NCBI RefSeq assembly: GCF_030013205.1
Contig: NZ_CP122648.1
Length of the DNA stretch: 64,000 nt
Reading direction: 5' to 3' (one strand)
Source of the DNA: Escherichia coli
GTDB taxonomy: Bacteria > Pseudomonadota > Gammaproteobacteria > Enterobacterales > Enterobacteriaceae
Position 1 is the stretch's first letter. Each line of letters starts with the position of its first letter. The notes under the pieces were generated by a model. That model made no database searches. It worked only from the letters and a program-made list of their open reading frames with translations, and was not told where the DNA came from. Positions 46,574 through 57,474 of this stretch are shown piece by piece. Both the position numbers and the translations under genes were made by a program.

Positions 46574-48274
46574 TTATTCAATCTCTTCACAGACATCCTG
46601 AGTTAATCGCAGCATAATATCTTTCCTTAACAAAAACTTTTGTATTTTACCTGAGGCAGTGCGAGGTAGTTTTTCGATTACCACGATATGTTCAGGATAT
46701 TTATATTTCGCGACCCGTTTACGGCTAAAAAAAGTCACCACGTCTTCCAGCGATAATGAATGATGCGGGGCTTTCAGCACGACATAAGCGCATGAGCGTT
46801 CACCTAAACGTTCATCGGGCATCGCAACCACACAGGCATCGTGAATTTTAGGATGCTGCAATAAAATATCTTCTACTTCACGGCTGCTAATATTTTCGCC
46901 ACCGCGGACAATAATATCTTTCTTGCGCCCGGTTATTTTTATATAGCCAGCTTCATCCATGCGGCAGAGATCGCCGCTGTAATACCAGCCTTCTTCATCC
47001 AGCGCACGGGCGGTTAATTCAGGTTCATCAAAATACCCCATAAACACATTGGGGCCACGCGAGGCTTCTTCACCTTCGCAACCTGGCGGTAAGGTCTTGC
47101 GTGCGTCATCGACCACTTTAATCTCAACACCTGCGGCAGCGTAACCATCGGTGTGCATAAAGCGCGACAAAGGATCGTCGAGATTCACCACTGCGTGCGG
47201 CGAACTTTCTGTGGAACCATAAACACTTAATAATTTAATGCCGCGCTGCTGGCATTCACGCGCCACTTTTTTGGGGATTGTGGTCCCGCCGCAAAGAAAG
47301 AAGCGCAGCGCTGAAAGGTCAGCGGGTTGTTTCTCCAGTAAATTCAAAAGATCATAGACAAACGGCGTTGCGCCGAGCATACAGGTGCAACGCTGCTGCT
47401 CAAGCAACGCGAGACACGCATCAGGAGTGAAAATATCTAACAACACGCTGCGAGCGCCAATTAAGAATGGTGCCGTTACGCCATGCAGAAAGCCCGTTGC
47501 ATGACCAAGTGGCGCAGGCATCATAAAGACATCCTGCCAGGTCAGATTCAACCGCGCGCAATAAGCCCGCTCACTGGCGAGAATATTGTTATGCGTTAGC
47601 ATCACGCCCTTTGGCAGACCCTCGGTTCCGGAGGTAAACAGCACCGCGGCTAATTCATCGCCGTGGACCGTTATCGCCGTGGTCAGAGGAGTATTGTCGG
47701 CGATAATCTGACTTAATGAGAGGGAAGAGGTGGCGGGAGCCAGTTTGTCCACGCCGACAATTTGTTGTAGTTGTAGAAGCTGATTTTGCAGCGGCAGGAT
47801 TAAATCTACCGGACGCGTTTGTTTAAACAACGTCGGTGCAAAGAACATTTTTGCCTGACACTTATTGAGTACCCATACCAGTTCTGCTTCCCGCCAGGAA
47901 GGCAACAGCGGTACGGAAACCGCACCGATTTTCAGGCAGGCAAGATAGATAACGGTAAATTCACACCAGCCAGGCAGTTGAAATGCGATGCGATCGCCTG
48001 ATTCAATACCCTTCGTCAACATCCAGTTTGCCAGACAGCTCGCGGCGTGATCGAGCGCGCTATAGGTGTACGATGCTCCATGATTATCGACCACGGCAAT
48101 TTTGTCTGGCATCGCACGAGCGGTCTGCTGCCAGTAATCGGCCAGCGAAGCATCGCCCCATAGCCCTTGCTGACGATACGCCGCACGACGTTGTTCGTTA
48201 AACGTTAATGTCACTTTCATTTTGAACTCTCGAGACAGAACATCAGGCCCGAGATGCGGGCCTGTGGGATGCAT
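46574..48274 (-). CDS. fadK: Short-chain acyl-CoA synthetase
   Basis: 566 aa AMP-binding enzyme (...TSGTEGLPKGV...); alternative internal start MKVTLTF possible. Confidence 0.85.
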   Translation of the reverse strand: MHPTGPHLGPDVLSREFKMKVTLTFNEQRRAAYRQQGLWGDASLADYWQQTARAMPDKIAVVDNHGASYTYSALDHAASCLANWMLTKGIESGDRIAFQLPGWCEFTVIYLACLKIGAVSVPLLPSWREAELVWVLNKCQAKMFFAPTLFKQTRPVDLILPLQNQLLQLQQIVGVDKLAPATSSLSLSQIIADNTPLTTAITVHGDELAAVLFTSGTEGLPKGVMLTHNNILASERAYCARLNLTWQDVFMMPAPLGHATGFLHGVTAPFLIGARSVLLDIFTPDACLALLEQQRCTCMLGATPFVYDLLNLLEKQPADLSALRFFLCGGTTIPKKVARECQQRGIKLLSVYGSTESSPHAVVNLDDPLSRFMHTDGYAAAGVEIKVVDDARKTLPPGCEGEEASRGPNVFMGYFDEPELTARALDEEGWYYSGDLCRMDEAGYIKITGRKKDIIVRGGENISSREVEDILLQHPKIHDACVVAMPDERLGERSCAYVVLKAPHHSLSLEDVVTFFSRKRVAKYKYPEHIVVIEKLPRTASGKIQKFLLRKDIMLRLTQDVCEEIE

Positions 48275-48276
48275 GA

Positions 48277-48570
48277 TTAGCCGTAGCGAAAATCAATACC
48301 GAAGGTGCCTGCGGGATATTGCCACTGTTCGAGAATAGTGTTGCCGCACAGCACCCGACAGGTGCCGCATTCCAGACAACCGGCGGGATCGAAATGAATG
48401 TTTCCTGCGTCATCCTGCTTATAAAGTCCGGCAGGGCAGGCTTTCATTAATTTACGGAATTCATTGATATCGGGATTTGCCGCCAAAATGATATGCGGGT
48501 GGCCCTCATCAACATGGAATTTATTGACGCCTAATTTGATGTCGACGTTAACCGTAGCGTTCTGGCTCAT
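48277..48570 (-). CDS. ydiT: Ferredoxin-like protein
   Basis: 97 aa with Cys cluster (CPAGLY...CLECGTCRVLC). Confidence 0.85.
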   Translation of the reverse strand: MSQNATVNVDIKLGVNKFHVDEGHPHIILAANPDINEFRKLMKACPAGLYKQDDAGNIHFDPAGCLECGTCRVLCGNTILEQWQYPAGTFGIDFRYG

Positions 48571-49856
48571 AGCGCGGTTGCTCCCTTAATGCCATCTTTC
48601 AGCAAGTTGATCAGCCCAATTTTCTTCGCGTGTCCCATGATCATTTTGCGTACCGGCTGGTTTGGTTTGCCGTCAATGGTGAACATCTCGTTCATGATGT
48701 CGGCTACCATTCGTGGATATTGGCTAAACAGGCGCGGGTTTTCCATGAGCGCCGGGATCTTGCGAAAATGCTGCATATCACGCATGACGCAGCTTTGTTC
48801 CAGCTCACGTTTGTATTGCGCAAGACTGCTGGCGGAGAAATCCGCGCGTTCTTTGGCGGCGATCACCGTTGTGGCGGCAGCCTGAGCCGATGCAATGGCT
48901 AAATCCATGCCGCGAACTGTAAAACCCAAATTCAGGCAGAAGCCTGCGGCGTCACCAACGATCATCACGCCATCGTTAACCAGCTGCGGCACCATTGCCA
49001 GACCGCCTTCCGGCACCATATGCGCGGAATATTCAAGCAGTTTGCCGCCGCTAATCAGCGGGCGAATGGCGGGGTGTTGTTTAAAATCTTCCAGCATTTG
49101 CGGCACGCTTTTTTGCGCATGGGCGATATCACCCAATCCACAAACCAGCCCCAACGATATGGAATCCTTATTGGTATAGAGAAATCCGCCGCCCATCAGG
49201 CCGTCAGAAGGGGAACCGGCAAACAGCCAGGCGGCACCTTCCTCGCCCGTAATATTAAAGCGATCGTTGATCTGTTCTGGTGTGAGGCCAATAACCTCTT
49301 TAACACCAACAGCGTAATGATGCGGATCGGAAGCGGGAACCATTCCCAGCGAGCGGCCAAGCATCGAGTTAACGCCATCAGCCAGAATCACCACATTCGC
49401 TTCGAGAATATCATCCCCGGCCTGGACGCCAGTGACCTTGTTTCCTTCACGAACCAGCGCATCGACGCGAACGCCCGGGATAAACTGTGCGCCCGCCTGC
49501 TCGGCTTGTTCCATCAACCACGGGTCCAGACGATTACGCAATACGGTATAAGATGCGTGTTGCGGAACATCTGGTTGCTCGCGGTGAAAATCGAGGGTAA
49601 CGGCGCTCTCTTCGGTTAAGAAAGAGATTTTCTCGCGTGTGACCTTGCGTTCTACCGGCGCTGATGCTGCAAAGCCTGGAATAATCGCTTCAAGTGTGTG
49701 GGCATAAAGACGCCCGCCGGTCATGTTTTTACATCCGGCACTGTCGCCGCGTTCTATCACCAGGACATCCAGCCCGGCTCGCGCCATGACCTGTGCGGCA
49801 ACGCTACCGGCAACGCCCGCACCGACCACAATGGCATCAAATTTGTCATCCGACAT
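48567..49856 (-). CDS. ydiS: FAD-dependent oxidoreductase (ETF-QO-like)
   Basis: 429 aa, N-terminal dinucleotide-binding motif DAIVVGAGVAG. Confidence 0.85.
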   Translation of the reverse strand: MSDDKFDAIVVGAGVAGSVAAQVMARAGLDVLVIERGDSAGCKNMTGGRLYAHTLEAIIPGFAASAPVERKVTREKISFLTEESAVTLDFHREQPDVPQHASYTVLRNRLDPWLMEQAEQAGAQFIPGVRVDALVREGNKVTGVQAGDDILEANVVILADGVNSMLGRSLGMVPASDPHHYAVGVKEVIGLTPEQINDRFNITGEEGAAWLFAGSPSDGLMGGGFLYTNKDSISLGLVCGLGDIAHAQKSVPQMLEDFKQHPAIRPLISGGKLLEYSAHMVPEGGLAMVPQLVNDGVMIVGDAAGFCLNLGFTVRGMDLAIASAQAAATTVIAAKERADFSASSLAQYKRELEQSCVMRDMQHFRKIPALMENPRLFSQYPRMVADIMNEMFTIDGKPNQPVRKMIMGHAKKIGLINLLKDGIKGATAL

Positions 49857-49911
49857 GCGTTATGCTCCCTTCCCGCTGCGTTTACAGCGGGAGATGTGGT
49901 TGAAAGGGGAA

Positions 49912-50850
49912 TTAGCTGCTCAACTGGCTAATCAGGGCAGGGACGACTTTGTAGATATCGCCCACCAGACCGTAGTCGGCATAGTTGAAGATTGGCGCAT
50001 TTTTATCTTTATTGATGGCGACAATCACTTTTGCGCCGTTGCCGCCAACCATATGCTGGATCTGCCCGGAAATCCCCAGCGTCAGGTAGAGATCGGATTT
50101 CAGCAACACGCCGGAGACACCGATATAACGTTCACGCTCCATCCAGTTCTCGCCTTCGGCAATTGGACGTGAACAGCCGACTTCAGCATTCAGCACCGCC
50201 GCCAGTTCGTGGACCATTTTCAGGTCATCCTGCGCCGCCAGACCACGACCGACGCCAACCACACGTTTTGCTTTGCTCAGGTCCACGCTGCTTGCGGCTT
50301 TCGCACGGCGTTCGCGACAGAGAATTTCATGACGCGGAGCAACATAAGGTACCGTTTCTGTCGGGCACTGATGAGCGGTATCACTGGTGCACGGTTCCTG
50401 AACACCGGGTGCAAGGGTAATGATCGCCAGCGGGCTGTTGATCTTTTCCTGTGCGAACGCTAACCCGCCATACATCCGGTGTTCGGCGCAAATGTGACCA
50501 TCGACAATATCCACCGCAGTGGCATCGTTCACCAGCGCCGCATTCAGTTGCACACTTAACCGTGCTGCCAGAGCTTTACCACGTTTCGTCGCGGCCAGCA
50601 GCAACATAGAAGGGTGTTTATCTTTCAGCAGGGCAGCAATGCTTTCGGCGTAATTTTCAGTACGTTGCAGCGCATCATTTTGCTCAAGAACATAAATACA
50701 TTTTGGACCATAAGGCATAACTGCCTGCGCCTGGTCGGTATTTTGTACAATGGCATACACCTGTTGGCCCCATTGCTGCGCGCCGCCAAACAGTTCAGCA
50801 TAACGTTCAGGATTATCGCTAAAGACCCAGACGCTGTTTAATTGACTCAT
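49912..50850 (-). CDS. ydiR: Electron transfer flavoprotein alpha subunit
   Basis: 312 aa; ETF alpha signature region; synteny. Confidence 0.85.
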   Translation of the reverse strand: MSQLNSVWVFSDNPERYAELFGGAQQWGQQVYAIVQNTDQAQAVMPYGPKCIYVLEQNDALQRTENYAESIAALLKDKHPSMLLLAATKRGKALAARLSVQLNAALVNDATAVDIVDGHICAEHRMYGGLAFAQEKINSPLAIITLAPGVQEPCTSDTAHQCPTETVPYVAPRHEILCRERRAKAASSVDLSKAKRVVGVGRGLAAQDDLKMVHELAAVLNAEVGCSRPIAEGENWMERERYIGVSGVLLKSDLYLTLGISGQIQHMVGGNGAKVIVAINKDKNAPIFNYADYGLVGDIYKVVPALISQLSS

Positions 50851-50869
50851 CGTTTCTTCTCCGTAGGCT

Positions 50870-51634
50870 TCAGTTCAGGGCTTTCTTCAGATGTTCCGCC
50901 AGCTCGGCAATGGCCTCCGGCGAATCGTTATCGAGAATGATGTGCTTACGTTCTGTTTGCGGCGGTACGCGAATGCCGGTCAGTTCAGCAAGCGGCGCGC
51001 TCTGGCTCCAGCCAATGTCACTTGCCTGCCACTGATTTACCGGTTTTTTACCCGCGCCGAGAATGGCTTTCATCGAAGGAATGCGTGGCATGTTAATATC
51101 GGAGGTGACGCAGAGCACGGCTGGAACAGAGAGCTCAATAACTTCAACATCATCTTCAAGCGTGCGTTCAATCACCAGTGTATTGCCCTGACGCTGAATA
51201 GCACTCACTGCATTAATCACCGGAAGTTGCAGAATTTCTCCGACCAGCAAGCCAACCTGCTGGGCATAAAGGTCGCCGGAACCTTCACCAAAGATCAGTA
51301 AATCGAAGCCGATTTTTTCAACTGCTGCCGCCAGCGCCTTTGCGGTATCGAGAGGCAGTGCATGTTCAAGTTGCGCATCCTGCACCAAATACAGGCTATG
51401 CGGCCCGCGGGATAGCACGTCTTTACGCACTTTCGAGTTCTGCAACAATGAGCCGCCAATGGTCAGCGCGGCTATCTCATCGTCATCTGTTGCAATCTGG
51501 CTTGCAGCTTCAATGGCATTGAGATCGAACTGGCTGATTTTGGCGTCGGCATTGTCGAAATTCAGGGTATATTCTGGAGTGACAACAATGTCCTGTTCTT
51601 CAGGCACCAGCTTAAAGCAGGTTATTATTTTCAT
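50870..51634 (-). CDS. ydiQ: Electron transfer flavoprotein beta subunit (254 aa from internal MKIITCF)
   Basis: Track ORF 50870..51733 over-extended at 5' end. Confidence 0.85.
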   Translation of the reverse strand: MKIITCFKLVPEEQDIVVTPEYTLNFDNADAKISQFDLNAIEAASQIATDDDEIAALTIGGSLLQNSKVRKDVLSRGPHSLYLVQDAQLEHALPLDTAKALAAAVEKIGFDLLIFGEGSGDLYAQQVGLLVGEILQLPVINAVSAIQRQGNTLVIERTLEDDVEVIELSVPAVLCVTSDINMPRIPSMKAILGAGKKPVNQWQASDIGWSQSAPLAELTGIRVPPQTERKHIILDNDSPEAIAELAEHLKKALN

Positions 51635-51948
51635 GATTTCTCCTGTGAGTCGCATACGGAACCATCTCCGATGGAAGGTAAAAATGGCCTGAAAATAGTG
51701 TGCGATAGCAGGGCGGGGGGTTCGACGGAGCAAGCTGTTTTCCTTGCCAACAATCTTGCAAAAAAATGCGATCGCTAAAACAAAAGTGCAATTTGCGGCA
51801 ATATAGTTATTCCATGACCGTACAATCTTGCATTCAGTGTAAATAATCTTGTTTAGCTCTCGCTAAACGCGGTTGTATAACCGCAATACACGCCGTATTT
51901 TATCCGGCATATATTGTTTTTGCTTGCTCATGGAATAGGGAGGTTGTC

Positions 51949-52860
51949 ATGTATCAACGCTGTTTTGATAACGCCAGCGAAACGCTGTTTGTTGCCGGTA
52001 AAACGCCACGGCTTTCACGTTTTGCATTTAGCGATGATCCAAAATGGGAGTCCGGACATCACGTTCATGACAATGAAACCGAGTTGATTTACGTCAAGAA
52101 AGGGGTAGCAAGGTTTACCATCGATTCTTCGTTATATGTCGCGCACGCCGATGACATTGTGGTGATAGAACGTGGCAGGCTGCATGCGGTGGCCTCTGAC
52201 GTTAACGATCCGGCAACGACGTGTACCTGTGCGCTGTACGGCTTTCAGTTTCAGGGGGCTGAGGAAAATCAGCTACTGCAACCGCATTCTTGCCCGGTAA
52301 TTGCCGCAGGGCAGGGAAAAGAAGTCATTAAAACCTTATTTAATGAGCTAAGTGTGATTTTGCCGCAAAGTAAAAATAGCCAAACATCTTCGTTATGGGA
52401 CGCCTTTGCCTATACGTTAGCAATTCTTTACTATGAAAACTTTAAAAATGCTTATCGTTCGGAGCAGGGATATATTAAAAAAGATGTTCTGATAAAAGAT
52501 ATTCTTTTCTATCTGAATAATAACTATCGCGAAAAAATCACTTTAGAGCAGTTATCGAAAAAGTTTCGTGCCAGCGTCAGTTATATTTGCCATGAATTTA
52601 CCAAAGAGTATCGTATTTCCCCTATTAACTATGTTATTCAACGGCGTATGACGGAAGCGAAATGGTCACTCACTAATACTGAATTATCACAGGCAGAGAT
52701 CTCCTGGCGTGTGGGTTATGAAAATGTCGATCACTTTGCCAAACTGTTTTTGCGCCATGTCGGCTGTTCGCCCAGCGATTACCGCAGGCAATTTAAAAAC
52801 TGTTTTGCGGAACAAGAAATCTTATCTGAATTTCCTCAACCGGTAAGTCTTGCCGGATAA
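51949..52860 (+). CDS. ydiP: AraC-family transcriptional regulator
   Basis: 303 aa, C-terminal AraC-type HTH region. Confidence 0.85.
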   Translation: MYQRCFDNASETLFVAGKTPRLSRFAFSDDPKWESGHHVHDNETELIYVKKGVARFTIDSSLYVAHADDIVVIERGRLHAVASDVNDPATTCTCALYGFQFQGAEENQLLQPHSCPVIAAGQGKEVIKTLFNELSVILPQSKNSQTSSLWDAFAYTLAILYYENFKNAYRSEQGYIKKDVLIKDILFYLNNNYREKITLEQLSKKFRASVSYICHEFTKEYRISPINYVIQRRMTEAKWSLTNTELSQAEISWRVGYENVDHFAKLFLRHVGCSPSDYRRQFKNCFAEQEILSEFPQPVSLAG

Positions 52861-52902
52861 ATCTGGCGGCGCAGTTTGTTAAGAAGCTGCGCCGCCTGCA
52901 GA

Positions 52903-54054
52903 TTATTTGTTCTGATAATCTTTCAGGATCTGCCGACCCGCTACGTAAATCATAATTTCGTCTGTACCGCCGCCGATACGTTCACAACGGACATCACGCC
53001 AGAAGCGAGAGACGCGCGCCTCATCGGTATAGCCCAGACCGCCCATGATTTGAATCGCATCATCAATAACTTCCATTGCGGTACGTGCGCAGTACAGTTT
53101 TGCCAGCGCCGCGCTGGTGCGCAGTGACTGATGCTGATCGGCTTGCCATGCCACTTTCAACACCATGTTGCGCATGTTGTCGATCTTAATCGCCATCAGC
53201 GCCAGTTTTTCCTGGATCATCTGGTTATGACCAATGGGCTTACCAAAAGCGATACGTTGGTTGGCATAGCGGGCGGCATCTTCAAAGGCACACTCGGCAA
53301 AGCCGGTGCTGCGCGCGGCGTTGATCAGGCGCTCCATCTCAAAGTTGTACATCACATTGAGGAAACCCATTCCTTCTTCGCCCACCATGTCGCTCTCTTC
53401 AACTTCCACGTTGTCGAGATAGACTTCGCAGGTGCTGAGCATATGCCAGCCGATTTTATGCAGCGGGTTAATCTTAATGCCGGGCTTACTGGAGTCGACC
53501 CACCACAGGGTGAAGGCTTTTTGGGGATCTTTCGGTTCTGGATCGCGCGCCAGCACCAGCATATACGGGTACTCTTTCGCGCCGGTAATAAAGGTTTTCT
53601 GGCCGTTGATGTAAACCTTGCCGTTTTTACGCGTGTAAGTGGTGGTGGCGCTGTTGTTATCTGAGCCTGCGCCTGGTTCCGTCAATGCCAGGGCATAGGC
53701 GGGATCACCCGTTTCCAGGGTGCTCTCTGCCGTTTTACGTAGCTGCTCTGCAGAACCGAAACGGCGCATACTGTGAATACATTGACCGTTGGTGATCAAA
53801 AATGCCGGGGCACCGCATTTTGACACTTCCATCAGCGCCAGCATTTGGGTGACGTAATCCGCAGGGATACCACCAAATTCTTCCGGCACGCCAAGCATGG
53901 AAATACCGTTATCCGCCAGTGCCCGCATAAATTCACGCGGGTATGTCCCGTTTTGATCGCAGGTGCGGAAATACTCTTCCGGAAAGTTAGTCGTAATCAG
54001 TTCGCGAATACTGGCCAGCAGCAGTTCTTGTTCTTCAGTTAAAGAAAAATCCAT
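52903..54054 (-). CDS. ydiO: Acyl-CoA dehydrogenase family protein (383 aa from internal MDFSLTEEQ)
   Basis: ACAD-family sequence; track ORF 52903..54108 over-extended into ydiF. Confidence 0.85.
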   Translation of the reverse strand: MDFSLTEEQELLLASIRELITTNFPEEYFRTCDQNGTYPREFMRALADNGISMLGVPEEFGGIPADYVTQMLALMEVSKCGAPAFLITNGQCIHSMRRFGSAEQLRKTAESTLETGDPAYALALTEPGAGSDNNSATTTYTRKNGKVYINGQKTFITGAKEYPYMLVLARDPEPKDPQKAFTLWWVDSSKPGIKINPLHKIGWHMLSTCEVYLDNVEVEESDMVGEEGMGFLNVMYNFEMERLINAARSTGFAECAFEDAARYANQRIAFGKPIGHNQMIQEKLALMAIKIDNMRNMVLKVAWQADQHQSLRTSAALAKLYCARTAMEVIDDAIQIMGGLGYTDEARVSRFWRDVRCERIGGGTDEIMIYVAGRQILKDYQNK

Positions 54055-54067
54055 CGTGATACTCCTG

Positions 54068-55663
54068 TTAATGAGCCGCTTCAGGCAGGACAAAACCCAT
54101 CGCCGCATCGATAAATAATCTTTCGTCCATCAGTTTGAGTTCTGGCGAAATCACTGGGGTGAAATCCATTTTGTCGAGAATATCTTTTTGTAAATCGACG
54201 CCAGGGGCGATTTCGATTAAATGCAGGCCGTCTTCTTTCAGCGTGAATACTGCGCGCTCAGTGATATAACGAACATCCAGCCCTCGCTCGAGAGCGATTT
54301 TTCCGCTGAAAGTAATTTCCGGTAGTTCCCGAATAAATTTCTTCACCCGTCCTTCCTGGACGATATTTAATTTGCCGTCGGTAATTTCTGTTTTTAAACT
54401 GCCCGCAGTTAATGTGCCGCAGAAAACGATTTTCTTCGAAGTGGCACTGATATCAATAAATCCACCGGTGCCCATGATTTTACCATTGAATTTATGCACG
54501 CCGACGTTACCGTGCTGGTCGACTTCAGCAAAACTCAAATAACAAACATCCAGACCGCCACCGTGATAAAAATCAAACTGGGACGTCATATCCAGAATGG
54601 CACGGGTATTCACGTTCGCGCCAAAGGCGATCCCCTGTGAAGTAATTCCGCCAATCGGACCTGTTTCTACCGTCAGAATAAAGTCATCAGCACAACCTTC
54701 TTCTCGGGCGACCAGGCCAATGCCGTCAGCAATACCGACGCCGACATTCCCCACCGCGCCTTTACGCATTTCGAATAATGCGCGCCGCGCAACTAATTTA
54801 CGTTGGTTTAGGGGCAGGCTAAGTTTGGTACTGTCATCAAGGGTGAAGTCACCAGAAATAAAGCGGTTAACCGGTGCACCGCCATACAGTTGGGTTTGAT
54901 CCGGATCGACCACCACAATATCCACCAGATAACCCGGAATACGGACAGATTTAGGATGCAGCGTGGCTTTCTTAACCATTTTCTGCACCTGCATCATCAC
55001 AATACCGCCGTTATTGTGCACCGCCTGGGCAATAACCAATGCGTCGAGATACATCACCTCATCTTCAAAAGTGGCGTAGCCTTCGCTGTCGCAGGTGGTA
55101 GCGCGAATGAAGGCGATATCTGGCGCAATCGCTTTGTAATAGAGATATTCTTTGTTATCAAACTCGACCAGTTTAATCAGGTCTTCTTTAGTGACTTCAT
55201 TCAGTTTGCCGCCATGCTGGCGTGGATCGACAAATGTCCCGATGCCAATATCACTAATAATACCAGGCTGGTGGGCTGCGGCGGCGCGTAAGGTTTGTGT
55301 AAGTACACCTTGTGGATAGTTATAAGCAATAATTTTATTTTGTTCTGCGAGATCAGAAATACGCGGCGATTGTCCCCAGTGACCGCATAATGCCCATTTC
55401 ACCAGACCTTCTTGCGCCAGCGGACTAATACCACGGTCGGCGCGATCGCCAAGCCCTGTCGGACTAATAATCGATAAATTACGTGGCGTTTGAGTCTGTT
55501 TATATTTATCAGCAAGAGCAGTAATTAACGTGGTGGCTTCCAGAATACCGCCGCCAGCGCCTAACACACAAAGTGTTGCTTCGTCGGGAATATAATTCAC
55601 CGCTTCCTGTGCCGACAGGACCGGCACTCGTCCATTAATACGAGGTGGTTTTATAGGTTTCAT
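54068..55663 (-). CDS. ydiF: Acetate/short-chain acyl-CoA transferase (fused alpha/beta)
   Basis: 531 aa CoA-transferase family. Confidence 0.85.
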   Translation of the reverse strand: MKPIKPPRINGRVPVLSAQEAVNYIPDEATLCVLGAGGGILEATTLITALADKYKQTQTPRNLSIISPTGLGDRADRGISPLAQEGLVKWALCGHWGQSPRISDLAEQNKIIAYNYPQGVLTQTLRAAAAHQPGIISDIGIGTFVDPRQHGGKLNEVTKEDLIKLVEFDNKEYLYYKAIAPDIAFIRATTCDSEGYATFEDEVMYLDALVIAQAVHNNGGIVMMQVQKMVKKATLHPKSVRIPGYLVDIVVVDPDQTQLYGGAPVNRFISGDFTLDDSTKLSLPLNQRKLVARRALFEMRKGAVGNVGVGIADGIGLVAREEGCADDFILTVETGPIGGITSQGIAFGANVNTRAILDMTSQFDFYHGGGLDVCYLSFAEVDQHGNVGVHKFNGKIMGTGGFIDISATSKKIVFCGTLTAGSLKTEITDGKLNIVQEGRVKKFIRELPEITFSGKIALERGLDVRYITERAVFTLKEDGLHLIEIAPGVDLQKDILDKMDFTPVISPELKLMDERLFIDAAMGFVLPEAAH

Positions 55664-55807
55664 TGTTAATTCCTGATTCAGGTGTGATTTTCCCTACGCC
55701 AGATGGAGAATTAGCGCACAGAGACTCACGAAATATTTTTATTAAATACGGTTAAATATATTTTTTTAGTTCGGCGGGGGAGGATATTCCCGCCGAAATA
55801 TTATTGC

Positions 55808-56566
55808 TTATGCCTGATGTAAAATAGTTAACACTGTGCGCAAATCATTTACCGAGATTTGCCCTGGTGCAGAGGCTTTTTTTACCGCACCAAAAGTTGC
55901 CGCCGAGCCAAATACTTCACCAGCCAGACGAGAAATTACGCCAGTTTTTGCCATTGACATCGTGATGATTGGACGATCGGCATACTGCTCCTGCATCTCC
56001 AGGGTCGCGGCAAGCAACGTCAGCACATCGCTGGTACTTTGCGGCATCAGCGCAATCTTAGGAATATCGGCGTCGAAGGATTGCATTTTGCGCAGACGGG
56101 CAATGATTTCTTCGGCTTCCGGCGTTTTATGGAAGTCATGGTTGGACATGACAACTTTCACATCATGCGCGTGGGCGTAGGCGACGGTTTCTTTAACCTG
56201 ATCATCGCCGGTAAATAACTCCAGATCGATCATATCAACCAGGCCACTATCGATGGCTGCACGATTGAGTGCAATATATGCCTCGGTGGAAATCGCCTGC
56301 TCGCCGCCTTCTTTGGCACTGCGGAAGGTAAACAGCAGCGGTTTTTCTGGCATGGTTTCACGGAGAATTTTTGCTGCCGCCATGACAGACTCCACATTGG
56401 AGAGATCGGCATAGTGGTCCACACGCCATTCCAGAATATCAAAGTCCGCTTCACGATAGGCGAGAGCTTCGGATTTCACGCTGGCGATATCTTTCGCCAT
56501 CAGCGAGACGATGATTTTAGGTGCGCCCGTACCAATGACGAGATCTTTTACAGTTACGGTTTTCAT
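55808..56566 (-). CDS. aroD: 3-dehydroquinate dehydratase type I
   Basis: 252 aa, [52 protein letters not shown]... Confidence 0.95.
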   Translation of the reverse strand: MKTVTVKDLVIGTGAPKIIVSLMAKDIASVKSEALAYREADFDILEWRVDHYADLSNVESVMAAAKILRETMPEKPLLFTFRSAKEGGEQAISTEAYIALNRAAIDSGLVDMIDLELFTGDDQVKETVAYAHAHDVKVVMSNHDFHKTPEAEEIIARLRKMQSFDADIPKIALMPQSTSDVLTLLAATLEMQEQYADRPIITMSMAKTGVISRLAGEVFGSAATFGAVKKASAPGQISVNDLRTVLTILHQA

Positions 56567-56596
56567 TTTTTACCCTTTCTGCACGCGGTCAGCCTG

Positions 56597-57463
56597 TCAG
56601 GCACCGAACCCCATGACCTGTTTAACATATTCCAGAGGGAAATCTTTGCCAGTCCATAACGTGAACTGTTCAGCCCCTTGCCACAACAACATGCCGTATC
56701 CATCAATCGTTTTGCAACCAGCTTGTTGCGCCTGCTGCAATAACTTCGTCATATGCGGGTTATACACGCATTCAGTGACCAGAAGTCCCGGATGTAACAG
56801 ACTGATATCATTAACCAATGATTCATTCTCAAGGGGTTTCATGCCCACTTTTGTGCCATTGGTTAAAATGTCGGCGGAAGCCAGGGCTTCAGCAAAGGCT
56901 TGCTGATCGGCGAGATCGGTAACCGTGACGACACAATCGGTGTTTTCGTTAACCCGCTGCGCGAAGGCGAGGGCTTTATCGAAGAACTCATCCCGACGGT
57001 TAAAGAGTTTAATTTCTTTTAAACCTTCAATTGCCCCCTGCGCGCCAATCGCCGTTGAGGCACCTCCGGCCCCTAACAGCACCATCGTTTTGCCTTTGAT
57101 ATCAAAACCGCTCTCTTTAATGGCGCGAATATGGCCCGTGCCGTCGGTGTTATAGCCACGCAGATAGCCATCATCATTAACGATGGTGTTGATGGCCCCC
57201 ACCAGTTTGGCCGCTGGCGTTAATTCATCAACATATTCACACGCCAGTTGTTTGTTCGGCATTGATACACCAGTTCCGCGCATTTTGAGGGCTTTTAATC
57301 CTTCAATTGCTCCGGGAAAACTATCGTTATCCACTTCAAAGGCCATATAGGTAAATGGCAATCCCGCTTTTTCTAAGGCTTTATTCTGCATTTCAGGCGA
57401 TAAACTGTGGCGGATAGGATAAGCCATCAGCCCAATCAATTCGTATTTTGCGGTAACATCCAT
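56597..57463 (-). CDS. ydiB: Quinate/shikimate dehydrogenase
   Basis: 288 aa, [27 protein letters not shown]...; Rossmann GAGGAS. Confidence 0.9.
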
Positions 57464-57474
57464 AATTAACTCCT